IMG/VR virus record: IMGVR_UViG_3300020042_008450
Coordinates: 1 to 63,248 of that record
Strand: one strand, 5' to 3'
From: a virus
Taxonomy: Duplodnaviria > Caudoviricetes
Length of the DNA: 63,248 nucleotides
This document shows positions 1 to 10,100 of this stretch, piece after piece. Below the pieces are notes generated by a model, which did no database searches, was not told the DNA's origin, and was given only the letters and a program-made list of their open reading frames with translations. Within the stretch, counting starts at the first letter, position 1. Every line of letters starts with the position of its first letter. The position numbers and the translations under genes are program-made.

Positions 1-12
1 CTGACATTAAGT

Positions 13-438
13 TTAGTAGTTTATGATGTGTGAGCCGTGAACTCTAACTGAGATCTGGCCATTGTAATAATCTGTTGATTCTAATACCTTGCGATTGAAC
101 TGTTCTCTAGCTTCAATGTAACTGCATTGTGCTTTTGATGTGCAATAGTAAAGTATTTCTCTGGTGAAGTTTTCGGTGCCTAAGGTATCTACGTCAACAG
201 TTAAATTTTCGCTTGAACCGTAGTACTCGCGCCAATCACTGTCAATTTTGGTTCTAATTTTCTTTTTTTTCTTGATGCCGTTTTTCTGCTTGACTGTTTT
301 GTAAGTTGTTTTTGAAAATTTAGCTAGTTTTTTGCCTATGTACTTGCGACCAGAAAGATTATTGGTGATCAGGTAAACAAATCCTATGCATTCTTCTGGC
401 AGTGTCTCAACTGGAGTGTTTTGATAAAGCCATGCCAT
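13..438 (-). CDS. GIY-YIG family nuclease-like protein
   Basis: GFVY(LITN)...KYIGKK GIY-YIG-type motif pair, followed by WREYYGSS and YYNG, typical of small T4-like phage GIY-YIG proteins. Confidence 0.7.
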   Translation of the reverse strand: MAWLYQNTPVETLPEECIGFVYLITNNLSGRKYIGKKLAKFSKTTYKTVKQKNGIKKKKKIRTKIDSDWREYYGSSENLTVDVDTLGTENFTREILYYCTSKAQCSYIEAREQFNRKVLESTDYYNGQISVRVHGSHIINY

Positions 439-525
439 GCGGAATCTGTTGTGTTACCTTTGCTGTATAGTTATGCCTGGTGTTTAGGATTATATTAAAA
501 AGTTGCCTCTCTTTGCCGTGGATTA

Positions 526-2607
526 CTACGCAAGTTCAACTTCGGTGTTGTAGTTGGTGAAACCGTTTTCTTTTACGACCTTGAGTATGTTTTCTACTCG
601 CCCGCTCAGCTCGTCTCTGTGACTCACAAGCCAGATGCTCTTGTGACGTTCACGACTCATGCGTTTGAGCAAGGCCAACGCATTTTCTACTCCTGCTGAG
701 TCTAGCCCATTGTCAATCAGTTCATCCACAAACAACAGGTTGATTGGAGAGTATAGGCTTTCCCACACATCGCGGAACGCAAAGTTGAGACTCAAGATTA
801 GTCTGGTGCGTTCACCACGGCTGAGATTGTCAAAGTCCAGTTCGCGACCCAGTTCTTCAATGCTGACGCTGAGATCGTTTTGAAACTTCACAGTGTGTGG
901 CAAGCCAATACGATCTAAATAGTGTGTGAGCCTTGCGTTGAGATAACTCAAGTTCTGATCAATAATTTTCTTGCGAACAAAACTGTCCTTGCTGGTCAGC
1001 AGTTTGAGCAAGAAGTCCTGATGCTCTTGTAGTCTATTGAGATTGTTCAAGGCATCGTAACTCACAACTTGCAAAGCCTGTTGAGTCATGTCTTCAATCT
1101 GTTCTGAATAGGGATCTTTTTCTTCACCTTTGGTGGCGATCTGCGTCAGCAGTGTGTTCATGCGACCGCGGTGCTCAACAGCCTGCGCTTCTGTATCATA
1201 ATATGTGACTGGTTGTGAGCCTACTTCTACAGGCGTGTGTTCGGTTAACTGTTCAGAATAGGGGTCTATTTCTGCACGTTTGGCGTCAATCTTGTGCTGA
1301 ATGTTTTCTAGTTCACTCGAGTGTCGAATGGCTTCTGTTTGTGTTTTGTAGTGCGTGACAAGCCGACCGCCTAGCTCGCCCAGGGCCTGCAGGGCATCTG
1401 TATTTTCTATGAACTGACCATTGGTGGACAAGGCCTGTAATGCAGCTTCCTGCAAGGCAGTCTCTTTTGTGCCCAGTACTTTTTCGTGGCTGGTGTCATG
1501 AAAGTCTTGACCACACGCATAACACTTGTGATTTTTTAGTTCTTCAAGTTCGTCCTTGAGTTTGACAATGACCTTTTGTTCTTTGACCGCGTCTGACATG
1601 CATCTGGCAATTAGTTTTTGTAGGTCAGCAATGTCTTTGGATTTTTGATCATAGGCAGCCAAATCCACATGTGCCTGTAGTTCTGCTGAGATGTCAATGT
1701 GGCTGAGCTGGCTGTAAGCCAACTCTAATTCAGCCATGTCCTTGGTTTGTTTTTGTTTCCAAGCAGTTTGACGACCCGCCAGCGCAGTATACGCATCCTG
1801 TTGTTGCTTCCTTGCGGACCACAAGGTTAGATCTCGGTGAGCCAGCAATTCTAGATCAATGTCAATTTTTGCTAGATCATCATATTGTGAAACAAGATAC
1901 GCTACATCGCTGTCGTATTTTTTCTGCCACAGCACTTGTCTACGTTTCAAACTTTCAATCTGTTCTTCTATGCGTTTGTTGGCTTCGACTACTGCTCTGA
2001 TTCTAAATTCTTCTTGTGACACAGAGTCTTTGGTGCCTCTGGCCAGTTCTTTGATTGCGTCAGCACGTTCGCTCAGTAGTGTGATACCCAGCAACTGTTC
2101 AATGATGGTTCGTTGATCATTGGCTTTTAGGCCCAGGAATGGTTCAGTATAGGTGTTGAGAGCTACAACATGTTTGAACATGTCGTGACTCATGTTCATC
2201 ACACGTTCAATTGCGTCTTGTGTTTCTCTTGAATCGCCCTGTGCTTCGTCTGTGGCCACAGTGGCTTCATTGTTCACATAGAACTTGAGCACATTGGGCT
2301 TGCGTCCACGTTCGATTCTATACTCTGCACCGTTGACTGCAAACTCCAGGCTGACCAACATGTGCTTGCTGTTGGTCTTGTTTACCAGATTGTCCTTGCG
2401 AATGTTTGAGAGTGCATTGCCGTACAAGGCATAGCTGAGTGCATTGATGATTGTGGTTTTGCCTGTGCCGTTGCGACTGCCGTCACCACCTAGATCAAGA
2501 TTTTCTCCCAGCACCAAGGTAAGGTCCTTGCGATCAAAGTTGATGGCTTGGGTAGCAGCACCCACGCTCATGAAGTTTTTAACAGTGAGGTTTTTAATTT
2601 GGATCAT
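526..2607 (-). CDS. gp46: Recombination endonuclease ATPase subunit (T4 gp46 / Rad50-SbcC-like)
   Basis: KNFMS start motif, Walker A GxNGTGKTT, central CYAC zinc hook inside a coiled coil, signature LSRGE, Walker B LFVDE, H-loop VSHR; adjacent to gp47. Confidence 0.95.
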   Translation of the reverse strand: MIQIKNLTVKNFMSVGAATQAINFDRKDLTLVLGENLDLGGDGSRNGTGKTTIINALSYALYGNALSNIRKDNLVNKTNSKHMLVSLEFAVNGAEYRIERGRKPNVLKFYVNNEATVATDEAQGDSRETQDAIERVMNMSHDMFKHVVALNTYTEPFLGLKANDQRTIIEQLLGITLLSERADAIKELARGTKDSVSQEEFRIRAVVEANKRIEEQIESLKRRQVLWQKKYDSDVAYLVSQYDDLAKIDIDLELLAHRDLTLWSARKQQQDAYTALAGRQTAWKQKQTKDMAELELAYSQLSHIDISAELQAHVDLAAYDQKSKDIADLQKLIARCMSDAVKEQKVIVKLKDELEELKNHKCYACGQDFHDTSHEKVLGTKETALQEAALQALSTNGQFIENTDALQALGELGGRLVTHYKTQTEAIRHSSELENIQHKIDAKRAEIDPYSEQLTEHTPVEVGSQPVTYYDTEAQAVEHRGRMNTLLTQIATKGEEKDPYSEQIEDMTQQALQVVSYDALNNLNRLQEHQDFLLKLLTSKDSFVRKKIIDQNLSYLNARLTHYLDRIGLPHTVKFQNDLSVSIEELGRELDFDNLSRGERTRLILSLNFAFRDVWESLYSPINLLFVDELIDNGLDSAGVENALALLKRMSRERHKSIWLVSHRDELSGRVENILKVVKENGFTNYNTEVELA

Positions 2608-3620
2608 AAATTTTGATAGATCTTCAACAGCAGTTTGTTATCGTAGAATTCACTTTCAATGTTGGTGATCTGGTCAGTGACAATTTGATCCACACTTTCA
2701 AACTTGATCTCTCCCGGCGCCATGTCTGTGTCCACTGAACTGGACTTGTTGGGTATCAGGGCCATCTCTCTAAGTCCGTAGTCTTTGATAAATGTTTCTT
2801 TGATAAAGTTGGCTTCTTCGTAGCTGATCTCAATATCCAGTTGCACACGCACATGCATGCCTGGTGCTAGAATAGTAGCAGCATTGTCAATCACATTACT
2901 GAGGCCAAACACACGATATCTGGGCTGATCCGGCCAAGAATGAAACTCTGGTTCTCGATCCCATTCCAGAATCATCAGGCCACGATCATCGTCGCCAGCA
3001 TCTGCATAGTTGTGCGGAAAACAATTGCCAATGTAGGTAATGTTCTTTTTGGTCTGCCGCTTGTGAAAGTGTCCTGTGAACACATGTTCAAAGCCAGTGA
3101 AGTGTTCTCGTTGCACTTCGCCATGATCCGGCATTTCAATCTGTGCATTCATCAAATAACCGGGCAGCTCAAAGTGCCCAAACATGTACTTGCCCGTTAG
3201 TTTGGGTATGCGTTTATGATCATCTCCACATAGCCAAGGAGCAATAACCACATCACCGTGGCTGAACCAGTCGTTGCATATTTGCACACGAGGAAGATGT
3301 TTGGCCCACTCTACACTTTGTATATCGCGATTGTCTCGATAATATAAATCATGGTTGCCTGGAATAAAATACACTTGTTCAAAGTTGTCATTCATGTGCT
3401 CCAGTGCTTGTAGACTGTAGTTCAGTGTAACAATGTTCAGGCTAGCACGGTTGTTGTGCCAGTCACCCAGGAACATGCAGGTTTCACAACCTTGTTCCTT
3501 GGCTTTGGCCGTAGCCCACTTCACAAAGTTCAAACAGTCTTCATTGTGCTGAGTACTGTTGCTCTTGAGTCCAAAATGTATGTCCGTGAAGACCGCGGCT
3601 TTGCGAAATAGATTTGTCAT
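2604..3620 (-). CDS. gp47: Recombination endonuclease nuclease subunit (T4 gp47 / Mre11-SbcD-like)
   Basis: Metallophosphoesterase motifs TDIHFG, LGD, GNHD, GHFE, GHFH; ATGA overlap with gp46. Confidence 0.95.
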   Translation of the reverse strand: MTNLFRKAAVFTDIHFGLKSNSTQHNEDCLNFVKWATAKAKEQGCETCMFLGDWHNNRASLNIVTLNYSLQALEHMNDNFEQVYFIPGNHDLYYRDNRDIQSVEWAKHLPRVQICNDWFSHGDVVIAPWLCGDDHKRIPKLTGKYMFGHFELPGYLMNAQIEMPDHGEVQREHFTGFEHVFTGHFHKRQTKKNITYIGNCFPHNYADAGDDDRGLMILEWDREPEFHSWPDQPRYRVFGLSNVIDNAATILAPGMHVRVQLDIEISYEEANFIKETFIKDYGLREMALIPNKSSSVDTDMAPGEIKFESVDQIVTDQITNIESEFYDNKLLLKIYQNL

Positions 3621-3638
3621 CGGTTCCTTTAATTCACA

Positions 3639-3667
3639 ATTTTACAATCTATAGCTGCTAAAGTCAA
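3639..3667 (-). promoter_or_regulatory. Sigma70-type promoter upstream of gp47
   Basis: Minus strand TTGACT-17 nt-TAAAAT, then AAAGGA RBS and ATG at 3620. Confidence 0.6.
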
Positions 3668-3680
3668 TGACTTTGGAAGA

Positions 3681-4619
3681 TCAAGAAGTGGCTGTGTTAG
3701 TGTCGAGAACAGGGACAGGCACAGGATAGGTTGTGATAGTAACCGGACCGCTCATGGCTGCCATTGAGTGCTTGCCAGAATTCTGGCGTGTCCATGAAGG
3801 GTTGAGCCCGTTCATCTCCAGAATGTCATCACGAATGTTTTGACTTTTCTTTTCAATGTTCAGGATACGAGTAAAGCTATTGGTAATAGCGGCAGTATAA
3901 TACGCAAAAGGATTCTGCGATTTTGACTCGTCAAATTGCAGTCCAATCTGGCTGAGTTGTAGCAGGGCTTGTCCACGCATTTCTTCATTGTAGGTGTATC
4001 CTCTCCAGTTTGATCTTGTGGCATAACGTTCACACAGCTTCATGAACATCATGGCCAGTTTTCTAGTCATGTCACCGTGGTCCTTGGAATATGCACCTGT
4101 GGCTAGGTCGCCTTGCCAGTGACTACGACCCACGATAAACGGCACCTTGGCGTCGTCTATTCTATAGTGTTCAAACGGGGGGAAGTTCACACGCACATGA
4201 TTCATGTCCAGTATAGGCGCATCCAGAATATCTGCTAGTGGATCGTCTTCAACCACGTCGTCAAGGTCCAGAATATCTTCCAGTCGGCTGCGTTTTTTGG
4301 CTTCGGCTTTGGTGATTTTTTTGGGTGCTTTGGGAATGTGATCCCAGCAAGAGATGCGAAACACAATGTCTGTGTTGGGGATTTTTTTTGGATCCACAAT
4401 AGTGCCTTCGCGCTTGAGTCGATCGGCTTGGTTGCGCCGCGCCTCTGCTATGGTTCTTTGATTGATTTTGTCACGAGACGGCAAAATAATATCAAATTGG
4501 TGATCCAGCACAGGATCCCGATACCAGCAATAGTTGTTTTTGCTAAGGTGAATTTCTTTAAGAATATCTCTGTTGTTGAGATAGTTAACGCGGGGAGCTG
4601 CTTTGGGTAGTAATGACAT
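3681..4619 (-). CDS. gp55: Late-transcription sigma factor (T4 gp55-like), N-terminally extended
   Basis: NYLNN start and YATRSNWRGYTYNEEM...FDESKSQNPFAYYT...F.R.LN.EKK, the characteristic gp55 core; gp55-gp47-gp46 order. Confidence 0.85.
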   Translation of the reverse strand: MSLLPKAAPRVNYLNNRDILKEIHLSKNNYCWYRDPVLDHQFDIILPSRDKINQRTIAEARRNQADRLKREGTIVDPKKIPNTDIVFRISCWDHIPKAPKKITKAEAKKRSRLEDILDLDDVVEDDPLADILDAPILDMNHVRVNFPPFEHYRIDDAKVPFIVGRSHWQGDLATGAYSKDHGDMTRKLAMMFMKLCERYATRSNWRGYTYNEEMRGQALLQLSQIGLQFDESKSQNPFAYYTAAITNSFTRILNIEKKSQNIRDDILEMNGLNPSWTRQNSGKHSMAAMSGPVTITTYPVPVPVLDTNTATS

Positions 4620-4647
4620 GTGTGTCGTAATCTCCTGATATGTACTT

Positions 4648-4675
4648 AGTATAACACATTTTCAGCAGTTGTCAA
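4648..4675 (-). promoter_or_regulatory. Sigma70-type promoter upstream of gp55
   Basis: Minus strand TTGACA-16 nt-TATACT with an extended -10 TG; AGGAGA RBS at 4631-4636. Confidence 0.6.
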
Positions 4676-4705
4676 CCTTTCTTAAACTGCGTGGTTAAAA
4701 ATTTG

Positions 4706-4713
4706 GGTAAATA
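4706..4713 (+). promoter_or_regulatory. Putative gp55-dependent late promoter (GGTAAATA)
   Basis: TAAATA core of the T4 late promoter TATAAATA, 20 nt before the first structural gene; the same core recurs at 13978, 14387, 33541 and 34303. Confidence 0.65.
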
Positions 4714-4733
4714 AGGTATAGGAAACAATAATC

Positions 4734-6857
4734 ATGGCAGGATATGACGCGAACAAAGCAGCAACGTATAATAAACTTCGTCAACAAGGACTAAGTGAAG
4801 ATGCTGCCGCCGGCCAAGCAGGAATACCTTTAGGCGATACAAATTATGTAATCAGTGGAAAATATAATGCTGACGGAACAAAGAATCCAAATCCTGGTGC
4901 CATGGGTGCTGACATACAAGGATCCAACAAAGTTGCTGGTGTTGATTATGATAAACTAACTGCTGCTGAAGTAGCAGAAAATGCTAGGTTTGACAGAGGA
5001 CTAGAGTCATCATCAAACTTTGAACAAGTTGATTTTCAAGTAGAAGCCAAAAATCCGCCAGGTAAAGTTACACCAATCAACTATACTACTACCAGTACCG
5101 AAACAGTAAGTGGTGGAGGATCAACCACAATCACAGCAGGTGCTAGACAACCCACCGCAGCAAGTCAAGCACTACAACCAGAAATCACAGCAAAACAAGC
5201 TGAACTCAATCAGTATATCAAAGACAATCCCAGCGACTTTGCTAGAAAAAAACAAGGCCTGCCACCGCTTAGTCCTGAAGAAAATGAACAACGTCTAGAC
5301 AAACTAAATCAGTTAAACAGCGAATCCAACGCACTTAAAAGAAAGCAGATTGATGCTGAATCAACTACGCCGCCAACAGTAACTACAACACCCAATACCA
5401 CAACAACTACACAAACAGTTACCACAGGGACCAGCAGTTCTCGTGGGGCAGTTGATCCAGGCAACGATGAAAAGTTATCACAAGAAAATGAAACTCAACT
5501 GGATGCTACTGCTTCACCAGCCAATGCATCCACGGCTCGGTCTGCTGCACCAGTTTCGCCAGTTGACGATCCATTTGAACAAAGCAGACTTGATGCAGAA
5601 CAAAGGCTCAATGATGAACCAATAGAGTTTGAACCTGCAGATGTCAATCCCGAAGATGATCCATTTGAAGCTGAAAGATTAGAACGAGAACAAGAACTCA
5701 ATCGACAAGAGTTAGCAGTAGAGGCCAGCGAACCTGAACCAGTTTCGCCAGCTGAAGATCCGTTTGAACAAAGCAGACTTGATGCAGAACAAAGGCTCAA
5801 TGATGAACCAATAGAGTTTGAACCTGCAGATGTTGACCCTGCAGATGATCCCTTTGAAGCTGAAAGATTAGAACGAGAACAAGAACTCAATCGACAAGAG
5901 TTGTCCGAGACAGCAACTGAAGCTGAACCAGTTGATGCTGAACAATTGGGAAATGATTACGGGTTTACCAGCGAAGAAACTGAAGGCGCTGAACCAACTC
6001 CATTGGGCGCTGAACCAGATTCTACAGCGGCCATGAAGGCCTTGGTCAAGAGCCAGGGCACTCTGCAGAGTCGTTACAAACAGCCTGGTAATGGCGACTG
6101 GCGTGTTAGACTCAGCCTGGCACCCTACAGCGACTACCTTTACAATGCCACTGGCGCTGGTATCCTGGCTCCACTCACTGCCACCAACGGAGTGATATTT
6201 CCCTACACTCCCAACATCAGCACAACATACTCTGCAGACTACGAAAAGTACAATTTAATACATTCCAACTATCGCGGATTGTTTTACAAAAGCAGCAGTG
6301 TTGGCGATGTGCAGGTGCGTGGCACATTCACAGCACAGGACACCAAAGAAGCTGCATACATGTTGGCAGTGATACATTTTTTTAGAAGTGTGACCAAGAT
6401 GTTTTATGGTCAAGACGCTGAACGAGGAACCCCACCTCCCCTGGTATACCTCAGTGGCTACGGCGACCAGCAGTTTAATAATCATGCCTGTGTGGTAGGG
6501 TCGTTTAATTACAGCTTGCCCAATGAAGTAGACTACATAAGAACAAACGGTCCCAACAACTTTGGTCCCAACATGAGCAATCGGCAAACACCTACTGCTA
6601 GCAGTCCCGGAGGTGCCAATTTTTCTGGAGCAATCCGTCTGGCCAATGCGCTGCTGAACAAGGGTGCAATACCACAACTTCCTGCTCAAAACGCCTTGCG
6701 CAGCGCCGTAAACAACACCAACGAATGCACCTATGTGCCAACCAAGATGGAAATTGATATCACGCTAATACCAGTTCAAACTCGTAGTCAAGTCAGCAAA
6801 CAGTTTAGTCTTAAAGAATTTGCCAATGGCAATTTACTCAAGAAAGGATTCTGGTAA
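4734..6857 (+). CDS. Baseplate/tail-tube initiator-like protein (gp48/gp54-like C-terminus) with a long acidic, repeat-containing N-terminal extension
   Basis: C-terminal approx. 250 aa (DWRVRL...GVIFPYTP...HSNY...PPP.VYLSGYG...VDYI) resembles tube-fold baseplate proteins; first gene of the baseplate operon. Confidence 0.5.
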   Translation: MAGYDANKAATYNKLRQQGLSEDAAAGQAGIPLGDTNYVISGKYNADGTKNPNPGAMGADIQGSNKVAGVDYDKLTAAEVAENARFDRGLESSSNFEQVDFQVEAKNPPGKVTPINYTTTSTETVSGGGSTTITAGARQPTAASQALQPEITAKQAELNQYIKDNPSDFARKKQGLPPLSPEENEQRLDKLNQLNSESNALKRKQIDAESTTPPTVTTTPNTTTTTQTVTTGTSSSRGAVDPGNDEKLSQENETQLDATASPANASTARSAAPVSPVDDPFEQSRLDAEQRLNDEPIEFEPADVNPEDDPFEAERLEREQELNRQELAVEASEPEPVSPAEDPFEQSRLDAEQRLNDEPIEFEPADVDPADDPFEAERLEREQELNRQELSETATEAEPVDAEQLGNDYGFTSEETEGAEPTPLGAEPDSTAAMKALVKSQGTLQSRYKQPGNGDWRVRLSLAPYSDYLYNATGAGILAPLTATNGVIFPYTPNISTTYSADYEKYNLIHSNYRGLFYKSSSVGDVQVRGTFTAQDTKEAAYMLAVIHFFRSVTKMFYGQDAERGTPPPLVYLSGYGDQQFNNHACVVGSFNYSLPNEVDYIRTNGPNNFGPNMSNRQTPTASSPGGANFSGAIRLANALLNKGAIPQLPAQNALRSAVNNTNECTYVPTKMEIDITLIPVQTRSQVSKQFSLKEFANGNLLKKGFW
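5550..5902 (+). repeat. Tandem direct repeat, 189-bp (63-aa) period, two near-identical copies
   Basis: ccagtttcgccag...gaacaaagcagacttgatgcagaacaaaggctcaatgatgaaccaatagagtttgaacctgcagatg...caagaactcaatcgacaagagtt at 5550 and again at 5739. Confidence 0.95.
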
Positions 6858-7159
6858 TGGCAATTGCATACGATTCTACCAGCCCGTATTTTGACACAGG
6901 CTACAGTCAATTTTTTCTTGACACCATGGTCAATAGACCCATACCCAAAGAAGATGATGACTTAACGTTTACTATCAACACAACCTATCAGTATAGACCA
7001 GACATGTTGGCCTATGACCTGTATCAAAACGCTGCGCTATGGTGGGTATTTTATCAGCGAAACCCCAACACACTAACTGCACCACCCCTGGACTTTGTGG
7101 TTGGTGTGCAAATCTTTTTGCCAAAAATGCCCACACTGAAGTCGGCCCTGGGAATCTAA
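6857..7159 (+). CDS. Baseplate wedge protein, gp53-like (LysM-like)
   Basis: YQYRPDMLAYDLY...LWWVF..RN motif typical of gp53/LysM-like baseplate proteins; position in module. Confidence 0.75.
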   Translation: MAIAYDSTSPYFDTGYSQFFLDTMVNRPIPKEDDDLTFTINTTYQYRPDMLAYDLYQNAALWWVFYQRNPNTLTAPPLDFVVGVQIFLPKMPTLKSALGI

Positions 7160-7162
7160 TAA

Positions 7163-10100
7163 ATGGCTACTGGTCGCGACCCATTACCACCTGAGGTACT
7201 GGAACTAGTTAACAGAGCAAGACAACTATCTCGTAGCATTGCCACCATCGGGCCTGCTACACCTGAGTCAATACCCAAAGCTCTGGCAGTCGTACAAGAA
7301 GCAAGATCACAAATTGACATTCTTAAATCTTCAAACTTTGTGTCTCAAAATGCCATTAACAATGCATTGTCAACATTGAACACAGCAGAGACAAGTCTAA
7401 ATGAATCACAGCAACAAGAATCCGCAGCAGTAGCACAACCAGCACCGCCTGCTACTGCTAGTCAGGCTGCCACTGATGATGCGGCCAAAGGTCCCAATGC
7501 ACCGGACACTCAGCAAGTTGCTGCCAATGGTAGAGTAACACCATCACCAGATACCACATCGTCTTCAAATGCTGCGCCTCCAACCACCACTAATTCTGGT
7601 GGCGGCGATTCAGGCACCAATGCTCCTGTTCGTACCACCCAACAAACACAGGCAACCGGACCGGCCAGTGATACTGGTCAAGCTGTTGCAGCACCCAATG
7701 CTGCATTTGGTCAAGATGCTGCACAAGTTGGGCAGACCAAACTTGCAACAGAACCGGGCACTGTGACCAGTGATGATGCAGCCCGGCCAGCCTCTGCTGC
7801 AAATCAAAATTCTGCAACAGAAGATTACACCAGTATCAAGATTGTTCCCCGTGCCAATCCCCTGGACAACTACTACAGCTATTCTTATTCAATATCAGTT
7901 TATTTGATAACGCCCACTCAATACGAAACAATGTTGCGCAGCAAGGTTAAAAAAATTGATGGGTACTTTTTGTTGTTCCAAAGCGGCGGCGCTGGTATCA
8001 ACGTAGGTGGAGTCAAAACTGGAATGGGATCAACCACAAATGCCACCAACAATCGGGACAGTGGACGTAATCCATTTTTTGGTGATGACTTTTATATTGA
8101 AGCGTTGACACTAGAGACCACTCCACTGGGCAAGGCAACAGGTGCCAGCCAAATGGCCAACAGCATGAAAATAACTGTGACTGAACCGTCGGGCATGACC
8201 TTGATTGATAGACTCTACAAGGCTGTTGAAAATCTGCAACAAGGAGCCGGATCAGGCAAAGTAAACTACACTGCTGCTGATTATCTTACTGTGATAAGAT
8301 TTTACGGCTACGACGAAAGTGGCAATATAGTTTACCCTATACGCAGCATGGGCGAGCTTAGTGGCACAAGTGATCCCAAGGCTGTGATAGAAAAATTTAT
8401 ACCTTTTAAAATAGCCGGTATCAATTGGTCAGTTGGATCAAAATTGGTCACCTACGAATGGGATTGTGTGCCACAGGGAATATATGCCGGCGGCATGACT
8501 GGACGAGGCGCAGTTCCTTATGATATACAATTGACTGACAGTACGGTGCAAGGCTTACTAGGGTCTGACGCTAAATTTTCAACAACTACACCGCCAGCTA
8601 CCAATCCAGGTGCCAGCACTACTCCTGCAGCCGATGACGGATCTTATGATCGTGCAGAGACAGCTAGACTCAATCGACAAAGTCAAGCCGCAGCACCAGC
8701 AAAAGCTATAGCAGCCCCCACAGCCAAAAAAACACTCACTCAAGGCCTCATGGGTGCAATGAATGAATATCAAAAAGCATTAGTCACTAGGGGAATATTT
8801 AAAATTGCGGATGAATACTCAATTGAATTTCAGGGCATTCCCGGAGTACCCGCTGCTGCAATTGCAGATGCAACACTAAAACCAATTGGTCAAGTCAAGG
8901 ATGACAAAGCCAAAACAGCAGCCGGAGTACCAGCTGTAAAAAATGCCCAGAGTCTCAAACAAGACACCAACACAGTTGACTCAGTGAGTCAGAGTTTTAG
9001 TATCACCGCTGGACAAATGATAACGCAGGCCATAGAACTCACCATACGCAACAGCAGTTACATATCAAATCAACAACTGGTTATAGTACAGCCAGATGGA
9101 ACATCTACGCCCAACCCTAATTCTAGAAACAAACCGGTGTCATGGTTTATAATAACAATGTTTGCCACAGCACAACCCGGCGGGATTGATCCATTGAGAA
9201 ACGATTATGCTTACAAAATCAAGTATGTGGTTAGACCTTTTATTCCGTCTAGTCTCAACAGCAAGTATTTTCCAGCCAGCAAGTTCAACGGTATACACAA
9301 ACGATATCCCTATTGGTTTACTGGACAAAACAACGCGGTACTAGAATATCAAGAAACACTAAACGCTCTATACTCAATCACAGTTTCTGGCAACGACCCA
9401 AAAAACAGTGCAGCCGCTGTGCAAAAAGCAGCGTTTACCAGCAGCGCAACAGATATTGCCAAGTACAACTATGCTCCGCGTAGCAACGAAACCAGCTCTG
9501 GACAAAAAGGAAAAATCAACGAACCTGCTGCCAATGCAGCCGAATATTTGTTTAGCCCCGGGGACCTGGCCAACACCAAAGTAAAAATAATTGGCGACCC
9601 TGATTGGATACAGCAAGGCAGTTTGTTTAGAGAAATCAAAGAAGGTGAAAACAAAGTAGAAGTACTCACAGGTTTTGCACCAGATGGCAGCATCTCTTTT
9701 GAAACTGGTGACGTGCTGTTTGAAATGGTATGGCAACGCCCCGAAGACTACAACATAGACACTGGCCTAGCAGACCCGTATTCTGGCGGGTATTCTGGCA
9801 ATACCAATACCACAAGAGAAGCGGTACAAAGCAGAACATACTATGCGGTCAAAGTCCTTAGCGAATTTAGAGGTGGAAAATTTGAACAAACCGTTGAAGG
9901 AACATTGTTCTTGTTTCCCAAACCCAAATCCTCGTCCGGTGCCAGTACCAGTGCCAGTGCTAGTACTGGTGCAAATGTATCAACCAGTGCCAATGACGGC
10001 GATGCAGGGGAAGCAGAAGCAAGAGCAAACATGGCATCAGGTGCTGCATCCTCCCTTGGCGGCGATGCTGGGTTGTCACCTGCTGCTGCCCAACAGGCCC

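Noticed and set aside
13-438. Mobile homing endonuclease or intron
   Set aside because: Short, free-standing, with no DNA-binding extension and no interrupted host gene nearby
5550-5902. Repeats as a CRISPR array
   Set aside because: In-frame coding duplication with a 189-bp period and no unique spacers; no cas genes
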